From the NCBI RefSeq assembly GCF_003918875.1, contig NW_025767016.1, positions 124,001-188,000 of the forward strand: a stretch of 64,000 bases of DNA, in the 5' to 3' direction. The position numbers and the translations under genes were made by a program. The DNA comes from Haliotis rubra (taxonomy: Eukaryota). Of this stretch, positions 52,325-62,965 are shown piece after piece. How positions within the stretch are numbered: position 1 is the first letter of the stretch; each line of letters begins with the position of its first letter. The notes below the pieces were generated by a model, which saw only the letters and a program-made list of their open reading frames with translations, made no database searches and had not been told where the DNA came from.

Positions 52325-53320
52325 CTTGTTTCAGCTAATCAGCGGTAAGCCAGACAACTTGAGCTGTTGAACAAAAAGACACTTTTATGAACACATGTAG
52401 CAGTGTTATTGTGATTGTCATTTGAATCAATGAGGTTATAGTTGTATCGCCATTAGATTTACCTGTACAGCAGCACTGAGACTGGGGATATGAGCCTGTC
52501 ACGAAGCATTGCGCCAATGTAATGATTGAGCCGTGCCATGTGCCAGCCAAGTGTTACGTTCAGAGTCATGATGTCATATTCAGAAACCCGTTCCTTATGG
52601 CTGTATACAGTTTTGTTTCAGCGTTTCAGTAAGTTTTATCATTGTGCCAATATCAGTTTGTGCCGGAAACTGATAGAAGCCGTTTAGTATTGTACGTCTA
52701 TTACTTGTTTCTAGAACGTATAAATGACCAAAACAAAAGCACGACAAATTAAAAAAAACCCAACTATACGTCGAGGCATAGCCAGTTTAATTTCTTCATG
52801 TTTTCACACGACACTGGCGATTTCTCCGGGAAAAAGGGATCACTCTGGGATATGGTATGCAGAGTGGTTGAACGTATCGCCACTTGACTGACGTGTATGA
52901 CCATCAGTATTGTTTATGTGTTTCTCATCTCATCCTCGACAAGCAATAGAACGAGCGGACGAAAAAACGACAACCTGAACACATTAAAAATGTTTCTCAT
53001 CGATTTCGTAAGTTATTTCAACGAATTGCTATGGTTTTGATCTCATGGTAATTATCTGTAAAACATTATAATGTAAATCAAGTCGCTTTGGAAACAATGC
53101 TTTTAAGATTTAGATAAAGAAAGATCAGGCTGACCCAGCATTTTATGAATGTGCACGGTAGTTTTCAGCACATCAGGGCATACGATTCCACAGCGTCTGG
53201 GAAAACCGAGATGAGAAAGCTGTTTGTATTTGACGTTGGTATTGGAATTCAGGGATGGTGGGAAATAGGAAACAGAAAAATTACGTACAGTCTAACACTG
53301 GATCACTACTGTACTGGGAT

Positions 53321-53470
53321 CACCTGACTGTACAGATGAGACACAGGTACACCTGACTGTACAGATGAGACACAGGTACACCTGACTGTACAGATGACAC
53401 ACAGGTACATCTGACTGTACAGATACGGCACAGATACACCCGACAGTACACGGAGAAGCCAGATACACTT
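53321..53470. repeat. 29-bp minisatellite, about 5 copies
   Basis: Unit CACCTGACTGTACAGATGAGACACAGGTA, decaying rightwards. Confidence 0.85.
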
Positions 53471-53677
53471 ATCCAATATAAGCTTATAGGGAACTTGCTA
53501 CTGTTTGTCCTGACGTAGTCGTAATTATAACAGTCTTTATTTTACATTAAACACGGTTATATTTGAAACATTTTGACATCAACATATTGGGAACGTAAAA
53601 CAAACAATCAGTATCGAAGTTTTGTTCACTATAATTTTTCACCATTACACACTGGCCAAACATGTCGCTGAACTTAC

Positions 53678-53841
53678 CTTACGCGTCTACCGTGTGGACT
53701 CGTTGTGGAAACGTCTCGAGACAACTAAGCGTAACCGCTGTTGCCTTCCTATAAATATCGGGTAAATCATGCGACAACTCGTTTGTAATGAAACATTCTC
53801 CACATGGTGAAACACGTGACGCACATATATAACAACACGTG
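53678..53841 (-). promoter_or_regulatory. predicted promoter and non-coding first exon of paralogue 4
   Basis: Donor AAG|GTAAGT at 53678, TATTTATA at 53757-53750, CACATGGTGAAACACGTGAC at 53801-53820, second CACGTG at 53836; acceptor AACAG| at 52364. Confidence 0.55.
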
Positions 53842-54870
53842 TCTTGAAAACACTCCCCACAGAAGGCAGGCTTGTCGTTATACAAAGGGACATAACTGCT
53901 GTAGAAGCTTGAATCAACGGCGATCCAATGAGAGGGTAAATAAACCTGCCGCCTTCGCAGAGGTCCGTGAAGCGGAACATCGCCTAAATCAGTATATGTT
54001 TCGTATGGAGAGTTTCTAAAACTGGATTAATCGACATTGTAAATTTTGACACACCAAAATGGATAACAGTTTTAGAAAGACGATATATTCCACAATATGC
54101 CACAAAGCTGTATTTATGTTATAAAGGGTCTGATGTGTTTATAAAATATGAACTCACACCACACACATGTTCCTGTTGCGCTTCTAATTACGTACTTCAG
54201 TAAATGTGTGATATTGAGTAAGGTTTTCTTCGTAGCTCCTCCTGCAATGCATCTTCTTATAAGAACTGTTATGTTTGTATTATCAAGATGCGCAATGTCA
54301 CAGTCTCGAAACTAAGATATTCTGAGCTAGGAATCCACATCAGTATTTCACGTTGCTACTGTACCCCTGTAGGTGTTCATCCTACCGCCATTATTGCAAT
54401 GTAGCACCGCATGGTACAATTGTTGCTTTGTGCATAGCGTTTAAGGAAATATTGTTTTTAGTTTTAAGGAGATTTCGAATTTAAAGACCTATGATAATTG
54501 TGAAGTTCTTGACACATGTCATCGAATACCAATTGCGTAGATCGATGATCATGCTGTTGATCACTGGATTGTCTTGTTCAGACTCAATTATTAACAGACC
54601 GCTGTCATAATGTTGAAATATTGCTGAGTGCGGCGTTTAACAACAAACAAACAAACAAACAAAGTTGTCGGGTGCTGACTGAGCCACAGTGCTGTTCATG
54701 TTTTATGCGATATTGTCAACTTATGATGGTATTATTTGAAAATCGAACACAAGAATAAACTGTAAGGTTTCGTTTCCTTCGGTCTTCAGTTTTAATATAA
54801 TGTAGATTTCGCATTATACATTTATATGACTTGTCAAACACAGTAACAACGCATTCTGTTTAATAGCATA

Positions 54871-56527
54871 CCCTGCGTCTTGCTATTGTATTGGATTGTT
54901 TTGAGAGTGACAACAATTATGCCGTGTGGATGTGAAGTGGAACTTCCGATGTAGAATTCACTAATTAATAACATTATACAGGTTCAGTCAATTAAAGCAT
55001 TGACGGCTCCCGCTACTCTGAGTTTGGTGTGACGGATCTTCCTGTAACTGTGGTCACCGTGTTAACTAGACCAACAACTAGTCTCTGAAATGAACATATT
55101 TTACAGATAAAACAGCTCATAATCAAAAAAATAAAATATAATGATAAGGAGTCCTGAGACTTTCTTCATTTTCAGAAACTGTGGAAACCTAGACTTGCCA
55201 CACATTCTAGACTTGCATGGGCTACTTGGGTATATAGTGCACCCTGGTTATGATGTCCCTGGTTATAATGTCACCCTGGATATAATGCCACGTATTCTCC
55301 TGGACAAACTGTGGCATTATAACCAGGGTATACTGTATTTATTTCCGAGTCTGTACAACAGACTACATGTTAACCTTTCACGTTTGGCCAGTGCAGAACT
55401 TGAGTTGATGTATTGCTGGTCCTTTGACAGCTATATCCTTCTCAATGATGTAATCATAAAAGTAATTCTAACAAATGTAAACATTTTATTTATATCTTTT
55501 TACAAAATAATGTGTATATTTCAAAGACTAAACATGTACCCTTTACCCATGTACGAAACATGGTAATCACATTGCTTGGGACGTGTCACCAGCACGTAAC
55601 ACTGTACATAAAGAACGTTACACGCACAAAAGTGCATATTGACATATTGTCATCACTATAAATAGTTCGTTCAGCTGGAACCAGCATCTATTTTACATTC
55701 TAATGCTTTGCTTCTCGGTGATGGTCGGAAGTATAATTTTGTTTCTGTCCGAGTCCCGACAATGTCGCCAAAACATGAGAACCATCTTGGTGATAAAGCA
55801 TAAGATCGACACTCCCAATAAAACCGCTGTGAAAATAGAGTTGGTCTTTCCCGGGTTCCAGTTCTTGACAATACTTCCGGAGAGTGCGACGATGACAACG
55901 ATATAGGGACTAAACGTATAGCGTGAGTATTTGTCCATAATTGTCCAGTCAGAGAGAGCGAAGACTGTCAGCTCAAGGGACAGGATGCTGAGAGAGATGG
56001 TGGAGGAAGTACTCTGGTCAAATTGTGGATGGGAGGTGTAAGTAAGAGCCATTGCAAGGTTGAGGAGTGTGGCAATAGTGCACCATGCACCATAGAAGGC
56101 AAGACCATTCTGCACCAGCATGCGCACCAACCAGATGTCCACTTTACGTCCTTGTTTCACCAGAGTGTCGTGGTGTTGTGCCAGTGCCCTGTAGGAGAGT
56201 CCTATGCAGATGTAGATGGTGATGAAGACGATGGCGAGGAACACGAAGGCCACCCACACGTGGCCCCATCCCCACACGAAGGTCCAGGTGATGACGCACA
56301 TCCAGTTGAGGATGGAGACACCAAAAAAGGTCGCAGTGAGGAGGGTGGGGCTGTTGTAGACGTAGCCATCGGGGGTACGTCGACAGATGTTGACGAGGGC
56401 GTAGATGGCCCAGACAGCCTGCCATATGTAGATGGCGCCCCAGATACTGAAGGTGGCTGAAGAGGGCGTGATCTCGATGTACCGTTGATCCGAGGCATCG
56501 CCCACAGACTGGCCGAAAATATCTGAA
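54871..56527. repeat. segmental duplicate of 49860-51411 (last exon plus 3' flank)
   Basis: Near-identical sequence including non-coding flank, apart from an indel of about 95 bp near 55000-55095 and a smaller indel. Confidence 0.92.
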
Positions 56528-57097
56528 AGTAGCAGGAAAGTTAACATCATGCATGTGGGAAAATATATTGTAATTTATCTTGTGGATAGACTAAATAATT
56601 TTGAAATTCAGGTTCGGCTTCTTTGTCTATAATATACTCATTGTAAAGTGCAAAAAGATTCCACAATATTATGCCAATAATTCATTTTAACAGACTTGAC
56701 AATATTCTTCATCTGTCAAAATATGTGTATTTGATTCACAATTAGAACCCAATTTCAATGTTATAGGATACCATGATGCATGTGCAATGTAAGATAACTA
56801 TATAATACGCACGCGTGGAACATGGGACATATGGCCTTGTAAACAATAAACTGGGCTTGACTGACTGAATGGAAAATGACTTTTTGGATGAAATATACGT
56901 CGCTGAGTCAGCACAGCCAATTCATTGTCGACTGATACACACTGGTGCATTCCTTCAATCATATGACACTTACTAGTATCAATGCCCAGCATTTTTCTGA
57001 ATTCCTCCATGTTCAATGCACCCATTATCTGATTGATGATGAAGAACGTCAAGTTGCCTGTGGCGAGGACGATGAGTAGTGGGGAGTGGGACGCCAT
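55693..57097 (-). CDS. TspO/MBR-like multi-pass membrane protein, paralogue 5 (317 aa)
   Basis: Exons 57097-56974 (MASHSPLLIVLATGNLTFFIINQ...GIDT, donor A|GTAAGT) and 56522-55693; 954 nt in frame. Confidence 0.9.
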
Positions 57098-57514
57098 CTT
57101 GAGTCAGGGACGTCTTAATCTCGATGTTTTCTGAAATTTAAATATCACGCATTACTTCCGTTTGCTATTAAGCGAACTATACTCATGAGGACAAATACCG
57201 TAACATATTGTGAACACTGGGTGTGCAACTAGTGTACTCGACTGAATAATTGCCATAACGGTTTATATTCACATCAAGGTGTATTCTGAGTGATTGACTC
57301 AGATATTGATTAATGACAAGATATATCACACCCACAGACAGACCGACAGACAGGCCGACATACAGGCAGACGTAGACAAACCAGAGACCATAAATAATCT
57401 TTGGACAAACATGAACACAATTCAATATTAATCCCCAATACACTGGTAAAAACTAAAACAGTATTGAAAGGAACCTAGGTTATTTGATAAGCTACATGTC
57501 AGAAATAACCTCAC

Positions 57515-57696
57515 CTTATGTATCAGAGCCTCCAGCAGCAAGGTCTCCAGACAACAGATGCGCTGCGGCAGTTTCCGACTTATAAAGCTGCTGGTTACAC
57601 AAGCGGGTTCTGCTCGTTATCAAACACTCTCCGCGTGGTGGGAAACGTGACTAAAAACTAAACACACCCGTGTAAGCAAACCCATACCGTCACGTG
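57515..57696 (-). promoter_or_regulatory. predicted promoter and non-coding first exon of paralogue 5
   Basis: Donor AAG|GTGAGG at 57515, TTTATAAG at 57586-57579, CGCGTGGTGGGAAACGTGAC at 57632-57651, CACGTG at 57691; acceptor TTTCAG| at 57131. Confidence 0.55.
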
Positions 57697-58210
57697 TGGG
57701 GACGTTTGGTGGGTGTACGAAGGGACATAATTGCTGTGTGCTCAGGAACACAACACAAAAGCCCCAGGGAAAGCCAGACCTGTTGTTGAACGACCAGTGT
57801 GACCTGAGCGTGGCCGACGTATAGCAGGTTCCCACTCCAGGCCACTGGCTGCGCCATTCACTGGGGTGTAGTCAGTGGAGTAAAACGCCACCAGCCAAAC
57901 AGGGTCAACTGGTATTGCATGGGGCAATCTTGTATCAGGTCTGCTACATTCAGTAAAAATTCATGGACACATTCACATGATTTGTTGACCATGTACATGA
58001 TCCATATTCATTAACGCAAGTCAGGGTTGCTAAGGCGAAAACGTATTGCCGTCATTAGTAGTTAATATTTGGTAAGGGATATGTACATAATTATATATAC
58101 GTTTTACCCTGAGTTACCTACCCTCTGGGGTTTTCTCGACCTCAGTTTTCATCTCTTGATTATTCTTTTCATAATCTCTCGGCACTATTTTTATATGAAT
58201 ACACAATACG

Positions 58211-58370
58211 ATTTAGAAAGTGGTCAAATGTAACACATGGGTTTTGGAATAACACTTTCTCAGTAAAGTACATATTTTAGTACTTTCATTGGGTTGAGTC
58301 CCATCCGGGATTCGAACCCACACCCTTACAGACAGGCACCTAATTGCCAGCAAAGTCAGCAGTCTAACCC
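58211..58370 (-). mobile_element. tRNA-derived SINE (same family as 33014-33190)
   Basis: GGGTTCGAATCCCGGATGGGACTCAACCC and body shared with the 33 kb copy. Confidence 0.7.
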
Positions 58371-58406
58371 TGATGGTGTGGCTTCGAAAACGTGTAATCC
58401 CAAATA

Positions 58407-58534
58407 TACTGAACAACATTAGAAACGCACCACACTAAAATGCACCGACGATAATCAGATATCATGGGTACTTTTCAATAAGACGGGGTTTATTTCGTAT
58501 GCCATGGGTGGTGCGTTTCTAATGTTGTTCAGTA
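58407..58534. mobile_element. Tc1/mariner-type MITE (128 bp)
   Basis: TA|TACTGAACAACATTAGAAACGCACCAC ... GTGGTGCGTTTCTAATGTTGTTCAGTA|TA; perfect 27-bp TIR. Confidence 0.85.
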
Positions 58535-59188
58535 TATACCATGTGTTACAGTATTTGTACTAGTCTCTTGGCATCACTAATTTCCTTACCTTGTTGACAA
58601 TGTAATATGTTTCCGAATATCAATACACAACAGAAATATTGTTTTTTTTATAGAGAACGTATGAATCTATGACAGTGTATGACGTTCAAAGACCAAGTTA
58701 ACAAGACATCAATGCTAAACATTTTCTTTGCATGTACTTCATTAATGGCTATATTGTACGACAGCATCATGTCGCCAACAACAACATGCTCTATCGAAAC
58801 AATTGTCCCTATCAGGAACCATGTTGATATAATGTAAACCATCTCCTGTGTCTATTTGATGCAGCCAGCAAACATTCGGTGTATACCCTCTTATCATAAA
58901 CCCCCTCCGGACAGGACCCTTAATTACCAACGCTATCTATAAATATTAGTTAACACCTCCTTTCGTCGGTCGATCTTACCTATGCTGATGTGTGTTGGTC
59001 AATGAGCTTGCACCACATGGCGAACTATCTACTTCAATAAAACCTGATTGACATGGTCAATCAGGAAGATCGGCTCAGATCACCGACAGAAGCGGACGAA
59101 GAGTGCAGCCGTGAAGGTCAAGGTAGCCGTCTCACCTACAGCAACGTCTGAGTGTAAGTGAACACCGGGAACATTGACCACGTGATGC

Positions 59189-59391
59189 TAGTCTGACTCA
59201 CAGTCTCCGAGCCGAGACGCATTATTTTCCCTTCTGCTTAGCCCTTATTGCAGTGATAAAGCCCTTAATGAGTAAGTCTAGATTTCCCCAGTTTCTGAAT
59301 CTCCCATCTCACTGGGGCTCCTGTTCAAATTTTAAGGGAATTGTTTGTTTCCATCAAAATGATACATATTGAGAGACTAAGCGTTGGTCTA
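59189..59391. mobile_element. AcademH-like non-autonomous element, diverged copy 3
   Basis: TAGTCTGACTCACAG ... GAGACTAAGCGTTGGTCTA; TSD not recognisable. A reverse partial copy ends near 48996. Confidence 0.65.
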
Positions 59392-59556
59392 ACTTTGTCC
59401 CGTTGTACCTCTGAACACTTTCCGCAACATGGTTGCTGTCGTCATAAACCTTTCACCTTTTGTTTTCCGTCATTATCAGCAACAATAGAAACTATGTTCA
59501 TCCATTCATGTTCCAACAATATAGCGTGGGAGAAAATCGCATATGTGGCTGGAGCA

Positions 59557-60865
59557 TATACATAGTTGTGTAACAGTGATAGAACGTCGTCAGTGTACAA
59601 TATACATAGTTGTGTAACAGTGATAGAATGTCGTCAGTGTACAATATACATAGTTGTGTAACAGTGATAGAACGTCGTCAGTGTACAATATACATAGTTG
59701 TGTAACAGTGATAGAACGTCGTCAGTGTACAATATACATAGTTGTGTAACAGTATAGAACGTCGTCAGTTGTTGTAACAGTGATAGAACGTCGTCAGTGT
59801 ACAATATACATAGTTGTGTAACAGTGATAGAACGTCGTCAGTGTACAATATACATAGTTGTGTAACAGTGATAGAACGTCGTCAGTGTACAATATACCTA
59901 GTTGTGTAACAGTGATAGAACGTCGTCAGTGTACAATATACATAGTTGTGTAACAGTAATAGAACGTCGTCAGTGTACAATATACATAGTTGTGTAACAG
60001 TAATAGAACAGTCGTCAGTGTCGTCAGTGTACAATATATACATAGTTGTGTAACAGTGTATTAGTAATAGAACGTCGTCAGTGTACAATATACATAGTTG
60101 TGTAACGGTGATAGAACGTCGTCAGTGTGTACAATTAATGAAGAACGTATACAATATACCATGAGTTGTGTAACGGTGATAGAACGTCGTCAGTGTACAA
60201 TATACATAGTTGTGTAACAGTAATAGAACGTCGTTAGTGTACAATATACATAGTTGTGTAACAGTGATATGAACGTCGTCAGAACGTCGTAGAACAGTCG
60301 TCAGTACAATATACATAGTTGTGTAACAGTGATAGAACGTCGTCAACAATATACGTTAGAACGTCGTCAGTGTACAATATACCTAGTTGTGTAACAGTGA
60401 TAGAACGTCGTCAGTGTACAATATACAGTGGTTACAATATATATGAAACAGTAATTGTGTAACAGTGATAGAACGTCGTCAGTGTACAATATACCTATAG
60501 TTCGTTAACAGTAATAGAACGTCGTCAGTGTACAATATACCTGGTTGTGTAACGGTGATAGAACGTCGTCAGTGTACAATATACATAGTTGTGTAACAGT
60601 GATGGAACGTCGTCAGTACCTAGTTGTGTAACAATAAGCGCACAATTCACAACGTGCTGTGAAGTAATAGAACGTCGTCAGTGTACAACAAGCATAGGAA
60701 CAGGTAGAACGTCGTCAGTGTCAAACGGCTATAGGAACGTCGTCAGTGTACAATATACCCTCCGAAAATCGTCAGTGTACAATATACATGGTTATTGTAA
60801 GTGTACAATATACATAGTTGTGTGTAACAGTGATAGAACGTCGTCAGTGTACAATATATATACAT
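59557..60865. repeat. 44-bp minisatellite, about 29 copies, degenerate in right half
   Basis: Unit TATACATAGTTGTGTAACAGTGATAGAACGTCGTCAGTGTACAA. Confidence 0.93.
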
Positions 60866-61023
60866 AATAAAACTGAAAAAGTAGGTAAATATATAATGCA
60901 GCACAGCTGCTTTTCGGATCAGACCAAGTTTCTTGTCGATGAACCTTATAACGTCGCATTTGACAAGCCGAATTTAATAGAGTGTCGTTGAGGCAGTGTT
61001 GCTTGAAAGCACTGCTTGAAATG

Positions 61024-61934
61024 TACGAGGGTTGATAAAAAAGTACGTAGCCTAACTATATAAAATCTCGATGTCCAATGTTTGAAAAGCTTCCATTTTA
61101 TTTTGAAGGAATCGTTAGCAAAGCCATATCCAATATTTCACATGTGTGTGTAATGTGGTTAACCAGATATTTGTCATCACAACACATTGGGGTATAATAT
61201 TTCTAACAAAATTGCAGAAAATGAAAAACGACTTGTCTTTTGGTACCTCTTGGATAATGGTATGCCTTCAGCTAATGTCATACAAAATATGTTCAGTATA
61301 GTATTGGATGACTTCCCGTCATGATCAACCGTCAAAAATCCGGATTGCCTGATTTGTATTTAGTCGGGCCATGATTTTTGAGGACACCCCCATTTTAATC
61401 TTTCAAAACATTATGTCCAGATATTCAAGCTGGCACTGTGTACAATATGTGAGCTGACACTTGTGTGAACATTCAGTATTTAGTTTGAACCCTTGGCATC
61501 ATGTATGCACAAGTGAAAACATTAGAATAAGCTATGCCCTAATGATTACGTCATCTGAAAGGGGGATGGGTAGTGTCTCCAAAACAAGCTCTCTCAGTCA
61601 ACATGAAGGGGGGCAGTCACTTTAACAAGCGATTTAATTTCAAATTGCTTTAATATCTAAGTGTGATTCTAGGGGACTTCTATCAATCTCAACACACCAA
61701 ATATTTCTTGTATATTTTGTTTCCTGAAGATTTTGATGCATTTATTGTCGATTTTGCGTTTTTTGAGGGTACAAAGATAAACGGTCAAACAAAATGGGGA
61801 TCGTGAGACTGGAACATAGCAAAACCAAATTGCTTGAGCTTGACAGGTAATAAGTAGAAAATTAAAAACATAAAAATAACTGCATTTGTATCGTTTTCTT
61901 GGTGATTCTACATACCTTTTGTTCGCCCCTCGTA
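61024..61934 (+). mobile_element. decayed mariner-like element
   Basis: TACGAGGGTTGATAAAAAAGTACGTAG ... CTACATACCTTTTGTTCGCCCCTCGTA imperfect TIRs; no intact ORF. Confidence 0.6.
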
Positions 61935-62965
61935 TACAGAGGATATATCACTAAACATTTCCCAACTGTAAACTCAGGACGGTTCACTTCTTCTTTCAGG
62001 CACACAGACAAATCATAGTGTGGTATTTGAAAATATTTTTTTTAAAAACGACAGAACACGTATCTGTATCAGTTGTTAATGTTATATTTATTGTCGTTGT
62101 TTGAATAAGATCACACCTTCAAATATATCTATCAAACGACGATTTTAGTCTTAGCGTAATCGTCAATAACTCCAAGAGAAAGGGAAGAGTGCGATTGAGT
62201 AAAAATTAACTATTTACAATAAACATAAATACAGGTAATGATCGACGCCAATCAAGCGAAATAAAACTATTTGTACATAAAATGACAGTTTTAAACGGTT
62301 GCCAGCACGTAACTCAAGCGTTTTGAACAGAGGTAATCTTGCACGAAGCGAGACGTGGATACGACACAACACAGCTAGATACAGTCACTGTCAGTCTAAC
62401 TCGCTTATAGTGGGTGCACTGAATGACTCTTCGATCAGCTGATCCGTGCGAGTTTTCTTCGCTTGAGGTTGGTCATCCGATGCCCAGGCTTGCTGTCCAC
62501 AGGAAGTAGTTCCTGGCCAAGTGATATCTACACATAAATGTCTGTCAACGCTGTGAAAATATCATTTAATAAATGTCAGTCTTCAACACTTAGCTATAAA
62601 CATTACTCCCAAGCTTTTAACTTGGTCGGGGAAATGACTGGTGGTGCAAACGTATCCAATGCTACTGACTTTGGTACATTGGTACATGTATGTGTTTCGT
62701 TGTAATCAATTACAACAATAAATGTATACAGGGATTTCAAAGCTCAAATGTTCCTCATCCAAGTGACTTCAGTCTACAAGATACAATAATTAGTCAGGCT
62801 AATTTGTCTATTTTCCTGGTGTCGCATATATATTCCATTACAGTATTTCTGTGGATGAGGTAATGTTTGGAGACGCCACATAAAAACGCACAGAATATGT
62901 ATCCTGAAAGAGAGCGAGGATACACACTGGTAGTCATGGTAACCATACTCGCAAGGCATCAACAT

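Noticed and set aside
50907-56554. Overlapping and antisense ORFs repeated in paralogues 4 and 5, and the duplicated ORFs at 50100 and 55141
   Set aside because: Shadows of the real CDS or of the duplicated 3' flank; their recurrence reflects recent copying, not selection.
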